Shown: one piece after another, positions 9,906 through 18,769 of the stretch
Layout: each line of letters opens with the position of its first letter
How positions within the stretch are numbered: position 1 is the first letter of the stretch
NCBI GenBank assembly: GCA_949289295.1
Contig: CASENM010000040.1
Coordinates: forward strand, 3,055 to 67,054
Reading direction: 5' to 3'
Length of the DNA stretch: 64,000 nt
Source of the DNA: an uncultured Bacteroides sp.
GTDB lineage: Bacteria; Bacteroidota; Bacteroidia; Bacteroidales; Bacteroidaceae
Translations under genes and position numbers: made by a program
The notes under the pieces: model-generated
Databases searched by the model: none
What the model was told of the DNA's origin: nothing
The model's input: the letters and a program-made list of their open reading frames with translations, nothing else

Positions 9906-10451
9906 TTATATCTCCGGTTTGTTGTCATGTGTGGCTTCATGGAGGATGAAGGTGGTGGCCCCCAGCGTAACTACCGCTCCGTCTTCAAGGCGGATGCGGT
10001 CTTTCGGTCCAAGCAGTTCATTCATGTAGAATGTGCCGGTGATGCTGTCGTTGTCGCGGAGAGTGTAGATCATTTTACCCTGCTTGTCACGCTTCACGTG
10101 GATATAACAGTGACGGCGGTCCAGACTCGGGTCGTTGCTTTCGATAGGAATGTCGATGTCGTTTCCTTTGTTGCGGCGTCCTATCAGATTGTCGCCTTCA
10201 TGGAGCGGAAGTACTTGTTTGTAGGCAAATCCGTTTTCGAGGACTATAATATTGCCGAACTCCTGCAAACCGTCGTCCTCGTTCGCACTTTCTTCACGGC
10301 GGTTGGCGGCATTCAGTTTCGATTTTCCGATTCGTATGCTGAACTGCTTCTTACAGTTGTCGCAGATGAAAACCAATGACTGTCCGGTTTTATATTTCGT
10401 CTCGTCAAATTGAATATAATTGTCACATTTCGGACATCTTACTCTTTTCAT
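9906..10451 (-). CDS. Zinc-ribbon + FHA domain protein
   Basis: N-terminal CPKC-x19-CDNC; FHA core IGRR...DRRHC...DNDSITGT. Confidence 0.85.
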   Translation of the reverse strand: MKRVRCPKCDNYIQFDETKYKTGQSLVFICDNCKKQFSIRIGKSKLNAANRREESANEDDGLQEFGNIIVLENGFAYKQVLPLHEGDNLIGRRNKGNDIDIPIESNDPSLDRRHCYIHVKRDKQGKMIYTLRDNDSITGTFYMNELLGPKDRIRLEDGAVVTLGATTFILHEATHDNKPEI

Positions 10452-10471
10452 AAGTCTAGAATTTTTTTATG

Positions 10472-11551
10472 CTAGTTGGAGGAAGTGAAAACCCATGCGC
10501 TCTTGAAGTCTTCTTTTCCCCGGAGCTCGCGTACCTTTTTATAGGCTTCTGTGGCATTGGCATAGCTATAAAGTGCAATGCGGTAGCGGCCCTCTGATTC
10601 TACAATTTCTGCTTCGTCATATCCGTTTTCCCGGTAGGCCTTCAGCGCATCGCGTGCGTCTGCGTCTGTAGTCAGGCTGGCCACTATGATATAAGAGCGG
10701 CGTCCGGTGTGGTTGGCTTGTGCATGAGATTTCTTTTTTTCCGTATCTGCTTTCTTTACGGCCTTGGCCGGCTCTTTTGGTGCAGCAGTCTTCGCTTCCA
10801 CCACTTCGGTCTTTACGGCAACAGGTTTGAGCGTATTGATATTGTTGCGTACTTTCTTTTCCCTGTGGGTGTCTTTCGTTTCTTCCGCCTGTATTTGTAG
10901 GGCAGTGGCGGCCGACTTGTCGCGTATGGCGTCAAACATGTCGAACGAACCCAATGAGGCGAAGTTCGCTTCGTCCATATAAGTATTCTCCACCGGTGTG
11001 GAAAGGATGAAAAACAACAGTATGGCTGCCGCCACAGCTACGGCATTCCGCAGCCAATGGTAAAGGGGAAGCATGGGCCGTTCTTTTCCTGACGGAACGG
11101 TAGCTGGAAGCATGGCCGTATCTTGCGGTTCACGGAGAGGCTTGAGCGAGAATTTGTTCAGGCCGTAGAGGCAAGGAGTGAAAAACGCCCGGTCGGCCGG
11201 TTCAAATTCATAAACTCCGCTCATGTTATAATATAAAGTACCTATCCTGCCCAATTCGAACTGACCTTGCTGGTAGAGCTGCTCTTTCAGTGTATGAACG
11301 GTTTTTTCTATCTTGCGTGTTGCATCAGGGAAGTCCGTATTGTAAGTCTGCATATAAGACTGTACAAGCAATCCGTCGTTGATGACCAGTCGGGGGTTGA
11401 ATCCGATTGTACGCATAGGTGGCTCGAATGTATGGTTGGCCGCGTTGTAGGCTGCCGGTTGGTTATGGGCGATGAACCCTCCCAGGCCAGGAACTATCAC
11501 GCAGTCGTTTTCGAGCAACAATACTTCTATATGTTTGGCTAATTCAATCAT
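10472..11551 (-). CDS. HU/CCDC81-like N-terminal domains + TM helix + C-terminal SPOR domain protein
   Basis: MIELAKHIEVLLLENDCVIVPGLGGF, FNPRLVINDGLL; TM AVAVAAAILLFFILS; SPOR-like YIIVASL...YRIALYSY...AWVF. Confidence 0.82.
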   Translation of the reverse strand: MIELAKHIEVLLLENDCVIVPGLGGFIAHNQPAAYNAANHTFEPPMRTIGFNPRLVINDGLLVQSYMQTYNTDFPDATRKIEKTVHTLKEQLYQQGQFELGRIGTLYYNMSGVYEFEPADRAFFTPCLYGLNKFSLKPLREPQDTAMLPATVPSGKERPMLPLYHWLRNAVAVAAAILLFFILSTPVENTYMDEANFASLGSFDMFDAIRDKSAATALQIQAEETKDTHREKKVRNNINTLKPVAVKTEVVEAKTAAPKEPAKAVKKADTEKKKSHAQANHTGRRSYIIVASLTTDADARDALKAYRENGYDEAEIVESEGRYRIALYSYANATEAYKKVRELRGKEDFKSAWVFTSSN

Positions 11552-11555
11552 ATTG

Positions 11556-11638
11556 CAAAATTAATATTTTTTTCTTTTGGAAAGGACATCTTTCCGGGGG
11601 CATTTTTTCCGCAGAAATCTAAAATTGTTATAAATTTG
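11556..11638. promoter_or_regulatory. Divergent -7 promoter elements (SPOR gene / ugd)
   Basis: TAATTTTG on - (11556-11563) and TAAATTTG on + (11631-11638). Confidence 0.6.
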
Positions 11639-11668
11639 CGGTCAAGTTAAAAAATAGATTCGATAACA

Positions 11669-12982
11669 ATGAATATAGCTATTGTCGGAACAGGATATGT
11701 AGGTCTGGTTTCAGGCACATGTTTTGCCGAAACGGGTGCGAATGTGGTTTGTGTGGATACAGACGATCGTAAGATTGACTCTTTGAAGAAAGGGGAGATA
11801 CCTATTTATGAACCGGGGCTGGAAGAAATGGTGTTGCGCAATGTCAAGGCCGGAAGACTTGGCTTTACCACTTCGCTTGAGAGTTGTCTGAATGATGTGT
11901 CGATAGTGTTTACCGCCGTAGGCACTCCTCCAAATGAAGATGGAAGTGCCGATTTGAGATATGTGCTTGACGTAGCGCGCACTATCGGGAAGCATATCAG
12001 CCGATATATACTTGTGGTGACCAAAAGCACAGTGCCTGTAGGGACAGCCAAGAAAGTGAAGGCAGTCATAGAGGAAGAGCTTCAAAAACGGGGAGTGGAA
12101 ATTGAATTTGATGTGGCTTCCAATCCCGAATTCTTGAAGGAGGGCAATGCTATCAAAGATTTCATGACTCCCGACCGTGTTGTGGTAGGCGTAGAGTCGG
12201 AACGGGCGAAAGAGCTGATGAGTAAATTGTACCGGCCTTTTCTGCTCAATAATTTCCGGGTAATCTTTATGGATATTCCTTCGGCGGAAATGACGAAATA
12301 TGCGGCCAATTCGATGCTGGCCACCCGTATCAGTTTCATGAATGATATTGCCAACTTGTGTGAACGGGTGGGTGCTGACGTGAATATGGTGCGCAGTGGT
12401 CTGGGTTCTGACACACGTATCGGACGGAAATTCTTGTATCCGGGTTGTGGTTATGGGGGGTCATGCTTCCCGAAAGATGTGAAAGCGCTCATCAAGACGG
12501 CTGAAGAGCACGGTTATGAAATGAGAGTGCTGAAAATGGTGGAAGCCGTGAACGAGAGCCAGAAAGATGTTCTTTTCCGTAAGCTTGAAAAATATTACGA
12601 CGGCAAGCTGGAGGGGAAAACCGTAGCCTTGTGGGGATTGGCTTTCAAACCGGAAACCGATGATATGCGTGAAGCTCCGGCTTTGGTATTGGTCGACAAA
12701 TTGCAGAAGGCGGGTTGCCGGATTCGCGTCTATGACCCGGCGGCTATGAAGGAGGCTCAACGCCGATTCGGAGATTCTGTATGTTATGCCCGTGACATGT
12801 ATGATGCTGTGCTGGATGCAGACGCGTTGCTGCTGGTGACTGAATGGAAAGAGTTTCGTCTGCCGGCATGGGGAGTCATCAAAAAAACGATGAACCGGGC
12901 TGTGATTTTTGACGGAAGGAATATTTATGACAGTCAGGAACTCGCTGAGTTGGGAATCGGTTATCATTGTATAGGTAAATGA
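11669..12982 (+). CDS. ugd: UDP-glucose 6-dehydrogenase
   Basis: GTGYVG Rossmann fold, KSTVPVG, NPEFLKEG, KYAAN, GYGGSCFPKD, FKPETDDMRE. Confidence 0.96.
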   Translation: MNIAIVGTGYVGLVSGTCFAETGANVVCVDTDDRKIDSLKKGEIPIYEPGLEEMVLRNVKAGRLGFTTSLESCLNDVSIVFTAVGTPPNEDGSADLRYVLDVARTIGKHISRYILVVTKSTVPVGTAKKVKAVIEEELQKRGVEIEFDVASNPEFLKEGNAIKDFMTPDRVVVGVESERAKELMSKLYRPFLLNNFRVIFMDIPSAEMTKYAANSMLATRISFMNDIANLCERVGADVNMVRSGLGSDTRIGRKFLYPGCGYGGSCFPKDVKALIKTAEEHGYEMRVLKMVEAVNESQKDVLFRKLEKYYDGKLEGKTVALWGLAFKPETDDMREAPALVLVDKLQKAGCRIRVYDPAAMKEAQRRFGDSVCYARDMYDAVLDADALLLVTEWKEFRLPAWGVIKKTMNRAVIFDGRNIYDSQELAELGIGYHCIGK

Positions 12983-12992
12983 CTGTTTTGCT

Positions 12993-13793
12993 ATGGCAAG
13001 TGTTATGAGTAAGAAGGGGTTGGCAGTGCTTTGCATATTGATGTGTACGGCTTGTTCTTTGCAGGAGAAGAAAGTTGCTGAGGAGAAAATGGAAGTTGAT
13101 ACGGCCGCAGTCAGGGAATTGCAGGGCTTATGGCTGGATGACAATACAGAATTGCCGCTTTTCAGAATCAAGGGGGACAGTATCTATTATGCCAGTCAGG
13201 TGAATGTGCCTATGCCGTTTACGGTGATGAACGACACGTTGATGGTGTTCAGTGTAGACACTCTTCTTTACCCCATAAAGGAAAGGGGGCTGTATTCGTT
13301 GGAATACAAATCGTTGACAGGTGATGTGATTGCCGTTCACAAGGCTGAAACGGATACGGTTTCTTTCGGGCTGCCTGTTGTGGAGGAGAAATCGGCCGAC
13401 GAAGTGATTGAGAAAGATTCCGTCATCATGTATAAGGGAGAACGTTTCAGGGGATATGCCTATATCAATCCCACCAGGAAGAAAGTGATTCGTCTGGGCA
13501 TGAGCGAAGAAGGACTTCCTATTGAGAATGTATATTATGACAACATCATTCATATTTGCATCTATAAGGGGAGGGAACGGCTTTTTGCACGTGATATCGA
13601 CAAGGAGATGTTTGCCCAGGTGGTCCCGGTGGATTTCCTGAAACTGTCTATCTTGTCGGATATGGATTTCCTTTCTGTCAACGAAGAAGGATATTGGTAT
13701 CTGGCTACCATTTGCGAACCTGAAGGTGCTTCATGCTATAATGTAAAGCTGAATGTGACTCGAGAAGGGGAAGTCAGGTATATGGTGCAATAG
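12993..13793 (+). CDS. DUF4738-like lipoprotein
   Basis: Lipoprotein signal ending CTAC; LQGLW, ENVYYDNIIHI, CEPEGASCY resemble the Bacteroides DUF4738 family (recalled). Confidence 0.6.
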   Translation: MASVMSKKGLAVLCILMCTACSLQEKKVAEEKMEVDTAAVRELQGLWLDDNTELPLFRIKGDSIYYASQVNVPMPFTVMNDTLMVFSVDTLLYPIKERGLYSLEYKSLTGDVIAVHKAETDTVSFGLPVVEEKSADEVIEKDSVIMYKGERFRGYAYINPTRKKVIRLGMSEEGLPIENVYYDNIIHICIYKGRERLFARDIDKEMFAQVVPVDFLKLSILSDMDFLSVNEEGYWYLATICEPEGASCYNVKLNVTREGEVRYMVQ

Positions 13794-13860
13794 TTTGATT
13801 GGTGTTGTACGGGGGTGCGGATAAATTTCCGGATTTCCCGGCATAATGAGTGGTGAATAT

Positions 13861-13918
13861 AGAAACTGTTTTGATTTTTATTGTCATCCTGTGAACTGAA
13901 AAAATCAAAACAGTTTCT
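13861..13918. terminator. Perfect 19-bp inverted repeat between convergent genes
   Basis: AGAAACTGTTTTGATTTTT (13861-13879) / AAAAATCAAAACAGTTTCT (13900-13918), 20-nt loop. Confidence 0.7.
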
Positions 13919-13922
13919 TTTT

Positions 13923-15197
13923 TTATCTTTTAGTCATGCGGCTCTTTCCGGATGAGGCATTGTTTTTCTTCTTCCATCCGTTTCCTTTGTTGCACGAGAC
14001 CGGTCTCTTCTTGTTGCTGTTCCGTCCTCCGCTTTTGGAGGTACGTGGAGCATAGTCTGGAGTTTCTCCCAGTTCATGAGGTACAGGTATCTTGTAAATG
14101 GTTTTTCCCAGGAAATCCTCTATCTGTTTGAAGCGGGTCTGTTCCGTTTCGCTGACAAAAGTGATGGCGCATCCGTCATTGTTGGCACGTGCCGTACGTC
14201 CGATGCGGTGTACATAGTCTTCACTGTCATGTGGTACGTCGTAGTTGATGACAAGCCGGATGTCATCAATGTCTATTCCACGTGCTACAATATCTGTAGC
14301 TACCAGCAGATTAATCCGTCCGTTGCGGAATTCGTGCATGATTTCTTCCCGTTGGCTTTGTTCAAGATCCGAGTGCATTTCTCCGACATTCAGGTTGAGG
14401 CGTTTCAATGCTTTGGCCACTTCCTTTACTTTCAGTTTTGAGGAAGCGAAAACGATGACCCTTTCAGGCTTCTGCTCCTTGAAGAGCGACTGGATTATAC
14501 CCAGCTTCTGCGCTTCGTAACAAATATATGCAGTCTGGATAATTTTTTCGGCAGGTTTGGATACTGCCAGTTTCACTTCTACCGGATTTTGCAGGATTGT
14601 GTTGGCCAGCTGTTGTATTTTTGTCGGCATGGTAGCCGAAAACATGATAGTCTGCCGTTCTTTTGGCAGATATTTTACAATCTGCATGATGTCTTCGTAA
14701 AATCCCATGTCGAGCATCCGGTCAGCTTCGTCGAGAACGAAGAATGATACCTTTGACAAGTCTACATACCCTAGGCTGAGATGGCTGATAAGGCGTCCCG
14801 GGGTGGCTATCACCACATCTGCCCCCAAAGTGAGTCCTTTTTTCTCTTGCTCGAAGCGGATACCGTCGTTTCCTCCATAGACGGCTACACTTGAAACCGG
14901 CATGAAGTAGGAGAATCCTTCCATCTGTTGGTCGATTTGCATGGCCAGTTCACGGGTTGGAGCCATAACGATACAGTTGATGGCATCTTCCGGATAGCCG
15001 CCTTTGCTGAGCTGGTTCAATACGGGCAGCAGATAAGCCGCTGTTTTTCCGGTTCCGGTTTGAGCTACTCCAATCAGGTCATGCCCTTCCAGAATGACTG
15101 GAATGGTCTGTTCCTGCACCGGAGTGCATTCCCGGAAATTCATTGCGTCGAGTGCATCCAGCACGCTGTCTTCTAAGTATAGGTCTGAAAACTTCAT
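13923..15197 (-). CDS. DEAD-box RNA helicase (RhlE-like)
   Basis: Q motif, AQTGTGKT, PTRELA, DEAD, SAT, ARGID, HRIGRTAR; basic tail; start trimmed to MKFSDL. Confidence 0.95.
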   Translation of the reverse strand: MKFSDLYLEDSVLDALDAMNFRECTPVQEQTIPVILEGHDLIGVAQTGTGKTAAYLLPVLNQLSKGGYPEDAINCIVMAPTRELAMQIDQQMEGFSYFMPVSSVAVYGGNDGIRFEQEKKGLTLGADVVIATPGRLISHLSLGYVDLSKVSFFVLDEADRMLDMGFYEDIMQIVKYLPKERQTIMFSATMPTKIQQLANTILQNPVEVKLAVSKPAEKIIQTAYICYEAQKLGIIQSLFKEQKPERVIVFASSKLKVKEVAKALKRLNLNVGEMHSDLEQSQREEIMHEFRNGRINLLVATDIVARGIDIDDIRLVINYDVPHDSEDYVHRIGRTARANNDGCAITFVSETEQTRFKQIEDFLGKTIYKIPVPHELGETPDYAPRTSKSGGRNSNKKRPVSCNKGNGWKKKNNASSGKSRMTKR

Positions 15198-15219
15198 ATT
15201 GTTTTTTATATTTTGGTCA

Positions 15220-16452
15220 TTACAGTTTTCCCCGTTCTTCAAGGTAAGAGTCTTTGAATCCCAAGAAATAAAGTACTCCGTCCAGTCCGATGGTATTGAT
15301 GGATTGGCGTGCGTTTTCCACTACCTTGGGCTTTGCGTGGAAAGCGATTCCCAATCCCGCTGCAGACAGCATGGGGAGGTCGTTGGCACCGTCGCCCACC
15401 GCGATAGTCTGCGCGATGTCCACTTTCTCCACTTGTGCGATGAGTTGCAGAAGTTCTGCCTTGCGTCTTCCGTCTACGATATCACCTACATATCGCCCTG
15501 TCAGTTTTCCGTCTACGATTTCCAGATTGTTGGCATATACATAGTCAATGCCGAACTTTTCTTTCAGATAATTGCCGAAGTAGGTGAATCCTCCCGACAA
15601 GATGGCGATTTTATATCCGTAACGTTTCAGCACGTACATCAGGCGTTCTACGCCCTCCGTGATGGGCAGGTGTTCGGCTATGTCTTTCATGACGCTTTCA
15701 TCGAGTCCTTTCAGCAAAGCGACCCTTTCGGTGAAGCTTTCCTTGAAGTCGATTTCTCCTCTCATGGCCCTTTCGGTGATGGCCTTGACCTGGTCGCCGA
15801 CACCGGCTCTTATGGCCAGCTCGTCGATGACTTCAGTCTGTATCAGAGTCGAATCCATATCAAAACAGATAAGTCGCCGCATACGGCGGTACATTGTGTC
15901 TTGCTGGAAAGAGAAGTCCATGGAAAGTGAAGAGCTGAGTTTCATGAGCTGATGTTGAAGTTCTTCGCGGTCTTTGGGAGTGCCTCTTACCGAGAATTCG
16001 ATACATGCCCGGACACTGGCCTTCTTTTCGTCCAGAGGGATACGTCCGGTCAGACGCCGGATTCCATCGATGTTGAGCTGCTGTGCCGCCAGAATTTTAG
16101 TGGCGCCCGAGATTTGTTCGGCCGTAAGCTTGCGTCCCAGCAGAGTCAGGATATACCGGTTTTTCCCCTGCATGTTTACCCATGATTCATATTCTTCGGG
16201 CGAAACCGGGTAAAAGCGGAGGTCGATGCCTAGTTCGGATGCTTTGAAGAGCAGGTCTTTCATCACGTTGCCCGAATCGCTTTCGGAGCATTTGAAAAGG
16301 ATGCCCAATGAAAGCGTGCTATGGATATCCGCTTGTCCGATATCCATGATGTCCACCTTATACCTTGACAAAATTTCAGTGATTGCCGCTGTCAGTCCGG
16401 GGCGGTCTATTCCGTTGATGCGGATTAATATCAATTCTGTTCTGTTTTCCAT
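15220..16452 (-). CDS. serB: Phosphoserine phosphatase with N-terminal ACT domains
   Basis: GIDRPG ACT start; HAD motifs DMDST, SGGF, K, GDGANDLPM. Confidence 0.95.
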   Translation of the reverse strand: MENRTELILIRINGIDRPGLTAAITEILSRYKVDIMDIGQADIHSTLSLGILFKCSESDSGNVMKDLLFKASELGIDLRFYPVSPEEYESWVNMQGKNRYILTLLGRKLTAEQISGATKILAAQQLNIDGIRRLTGRIPLDEKKASVRACIEFSVRGTPKDREELQHQLMKLSSSLSMDFSFQQDTMYRRMRRLICFDMDSTLIQTEVIDELAIRAGVGDQVKAITERAMRGEIDFKESFTERVALLKGLDESVMKDIAEHLPITEGVERLMYVLKRYGYKIAILSGGFTYFGNYLKEKFGIDYVYANNLEIVDGKLTGRYVGDIVDGRRKAELLQLIAQVEKVDIAQTIAVGDGANDLPMLSAAGLGIAFHAKPKVVENARQSINTIGLDGVLYFLGFKDSYLEERGKL

Positions 16453-16473
16453 GGGTCAATTGCGTTATATCGG

Positions 16474-16481
16474 CAAATTTA
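16474..16481 (-). promoter_or_regulatory. -7 promoter element of serB
   Basis: TAAATTTG on the - strand. Confidence 0.6.
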
Positions 16482-16516
16482 CGAAATATCTCGGTATTTT
16501 TGGATGTATGTCATAT

Positions 16517-16554
16517 AAAAAAGCCGTTCCTTTTCGGTAAGGAGCGGCTTTTTT
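16517..16554. terminator. Rho-independent terminator after htpG
   Basis: AAAAAAGCCGTTCCTT-TTCGGT-AAGGAGCGGCTTTTTT with A/T tracts on both sides. Confidence 0.85.
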
Positions 16555-16598
16555 AAACTTTTTGTCCGTATTAATGAGCACGTACGTGCAGATTACTG

Positions 16599-18650
16599 TC
16601 AGATCATTTCGATGCTGCGTTTTACGAAGTTGGTCAGGGCTTCGCCTTTGAGCATGTTGTTTTGCAGCAAGGCGAGGTCGATGAGCTGGTGCACCACTTT
16701 GTTGTCGGCGGCATACTCATTAATCACATTTTCCTTTTCTTTTTTCTGTTCGTCCAGCTTCTTTTCTACGTCGGCCAGCGCGTCTTTTTCTGCGGTCGGG
16801 ATTTCCTCGTCTTTCTTGCCTTCCTGAGCTTTCTGGAGTTCATTCTGGCGCAGTGTCAGTGCGGCAATCTCAGCTTCTACCGGAACCAGTTTTTCCGCAC
16901 ATGCACTTTCTGCGTCTTCAAGCACCTGTTTCACCAGCTTGTGGTCACTGTTGAGAACCAGGCTGTACATGTCGGGCATTTCACCGTAGAAGTTCATTCC
17001 CGGCTGGAAGTTGGCCATGTCTTTCATACGGCGCATATACTCCGACTGGGTGATGACAATCGGTGAAGCGTTCTCGCCCATAGCCTGAGCCTCGATGTGG
17101 AACTCCGTTTTGTTGAGTTTCGGCATCTGGCCGCGGAACAGGGTGGAAAGTACATCGCGTTTGTCTTGTGGCAGTTCTTCGCCTTTCTGGTCTTCTTTCA
17201 CTATCAGTCTGTCGATTACGTCGCTGTCGACACGTGTGAAGCGGCTCTTTTCCAGTTTCTGTTCCAGCATGTTGACCATCGGCACGTCCAGTTGGCCGTC
17301 CATAAGCAACACGTTGTAGCCTTTGTTCTTGGCGGCATCGATATAGGTGTATTGTTCGTCCGTATTGTTGGCATACAGATAAATCAGGTTGCCGTCCTTG
17401 TCTGTCTGGTTGTCCTTGATTAGCGTACGGTATTCTTCGAACGTATAATATTTCTTTTCAGTATCTTTGAACAACGCGAATTTGTCTGCTTTGGCATAGA
17501 AGTCGTCTTGGGTCAGCATGCCGTAGTTGATGAAGATTTTCAGGTCATCCCATTTCTCTTCAAACTCCTTGCGGTCGTTCTTGAAGATAGACTGCAGACG
17601 GTCGGCCACTTTCTTCGTGATGTATGTGGAAATCTTCTTCACATTCGAATCGCTCTGGAGGTATGAGCGCGATACGTTCAGCGGAATGTCCGGCGAGTCG
17701 ATGACACCATGAAGCAGAGTCAGGAAGTCAGGCACGATTCCTTCTACCGAATCAGTGACGAATACCTGGTTGCAATACAGCTGGATTTTGTTGCGCTGCA
17801 AGTCGATGTTGTTCTTGATTCTCGGGAAGTAGAGCACACCGGTAAGATTGAACGGATAGTCCACATTCAGATGAATCCAAAACAGCGGCTCGTCGGCCAT
17901 CGGATAGAGGTCGCGGTAGAATTTCTTGTAGTCTTCGTCTTTCAAGTCGCTTGGCTTCTTTGTCCAGATCGGGCAGGTGTCATTGATTACATTGTCGGTT
18001 TCTGTATCCACCTGTTTGCCGTCTTTCCATTCTTTCTTTTTCCCGAAAGCGACGGGTACCGGCAGGAAGCGGCAATATTTTGTCAGCAAGCTTTGTATGC
18101 GCGAGTCTTCAAGAAAGTCTTTGCAGTCATCGTCCATATACAGAATCACGTCTGTACCTCTTTCTGCACGTTCGGTTTCTTCCATCGTGAATTCAGGACT
18201 GCCGTCGCAGCTCCATTTCATGGCCGGAGCCTCTTCTTTGTAGGAGCGTGTCACGATTTCCACTTTCTTGGCCACCATAAAGGCAGAATAGAAGCCCAGA
18301 CCGAAATGGCCGATGATGGCGTTGGCATCGTCCTTATATTTTTCAAGGAAGTCGTTTGCGCCGGAAAAAGCTATCTGGTTGATGTATTTTTCTATTTCTT
18401 CGGCTGTCAGTCCCAGACCATGGTCGGTAATGGTGATTGTGCCGTTGTCTTTGTCTGCCTTGATGCGGACAGTTAAATCGCCCAGCTCACCCTTGAATTC
18501 GCCTGTTGAGGCCAATGTCTTCAGTTTCTGTGTTGCATCGACTGCATTTGATACCAGCTCACGGAGGAATATCTCGTGGTCGCTATACAAAAATTTCTTG
18601 ATAATGGGGAAGATGTTCTCTGTTGTAACCCCAATGTTACCTTTCTGCAT
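16599..18650 (-). CDS. htpG: Hsp90 chaperone HtpG
   Basis: IFLRELVSNAVDA, DHGLG, IGHFGLGFYSAF, RGT, DSPDIPLNVSRSYLQ. Confidence 0.97.
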   Translation of the reverse strand: MQKGNIGVTTENIFPIIKKFLYSDHEIFLRELVSNAVDATQKLKTLASTGEFKGELGDLTVRIKADKDNGTITITDHGLGLTAEEIEKYINQIAFSGANDFLEKYKDDANAIIGHFGLGFYSAFMVAKKVEIVTRSYKEEAPAMKWSCDGSPEFTMEETERAERGTDVILYMDDDCKDFLEDSRIQSLLTKYCRFLPVPVAFGKKKEWKDGKQVDTETDNVINDTCPIWTKKPSDLKDEDYKKFYRDLYPMADEPLFWIHLNVDYPFNLTGVLYFPRIKNNIDLQRNKIQLYCNQVFVTDSVEGIVPDFLTLLHGVIDSPDIPLNVSRSYLQSDSNVKKISTYITKKVADRLQSIFKNDRKEFEEKWDDLKIFINYGMLTQDDFYAKADKFALFKDTEKKYYTFEEYRTLIKDNQTDKDGNLIYLYANNTDEQYTYIDAAKNKGYNVLLMDGQLDVPMVNMLEQKLEKSRFTRVDSDVIDRLIVKEDQKGEELPQDKRDVLSTLFRGQMPKLNKTEFHIEAQAMGENASPIVITQSEYMRRMKDMANFQPGMNFYGEMPDMYSLVLNSDHKLVKQVLEDAESACAEKLVPVEAEIAALTLRQNELQKAQEGKKDEEIPTAEKDALADVEKKLDEQKKEKENVINEYAADNKVVHQLIDLALLQNNMLKGEALTNFVKRSIEMI

Positions 18651-18705
18651 ATCTTGTTTATATTTTTAGTGATTATACATGAAAAAAAATCACAGGCATT
18701 CACGC

Positions 18706-18741
18706 AAAAAAAATGCCAGACATATGGATGCCTGACATTTT
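18706..18741 (-). terminator. Probable Rho-independent terminator of clpC
   Basis: On - strand AAAATGTCAGGCAT-CCAT-ATGTCTGGCATTTT then TTTT (stem with G-U pairs). Confidence 0.6.
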
Positions 18742-18769
18742 GTCTGTATGTGGAATGACAGGCGGACAA

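Noticed and set aside
11599-11612. Other GG-N10-GC sigma54-like matches (11599-11612, 8322-8335)
   Set aside because: They lack either TGGCA or TTGC, and ugd already has a standard TAnnTTTG element; likely chance
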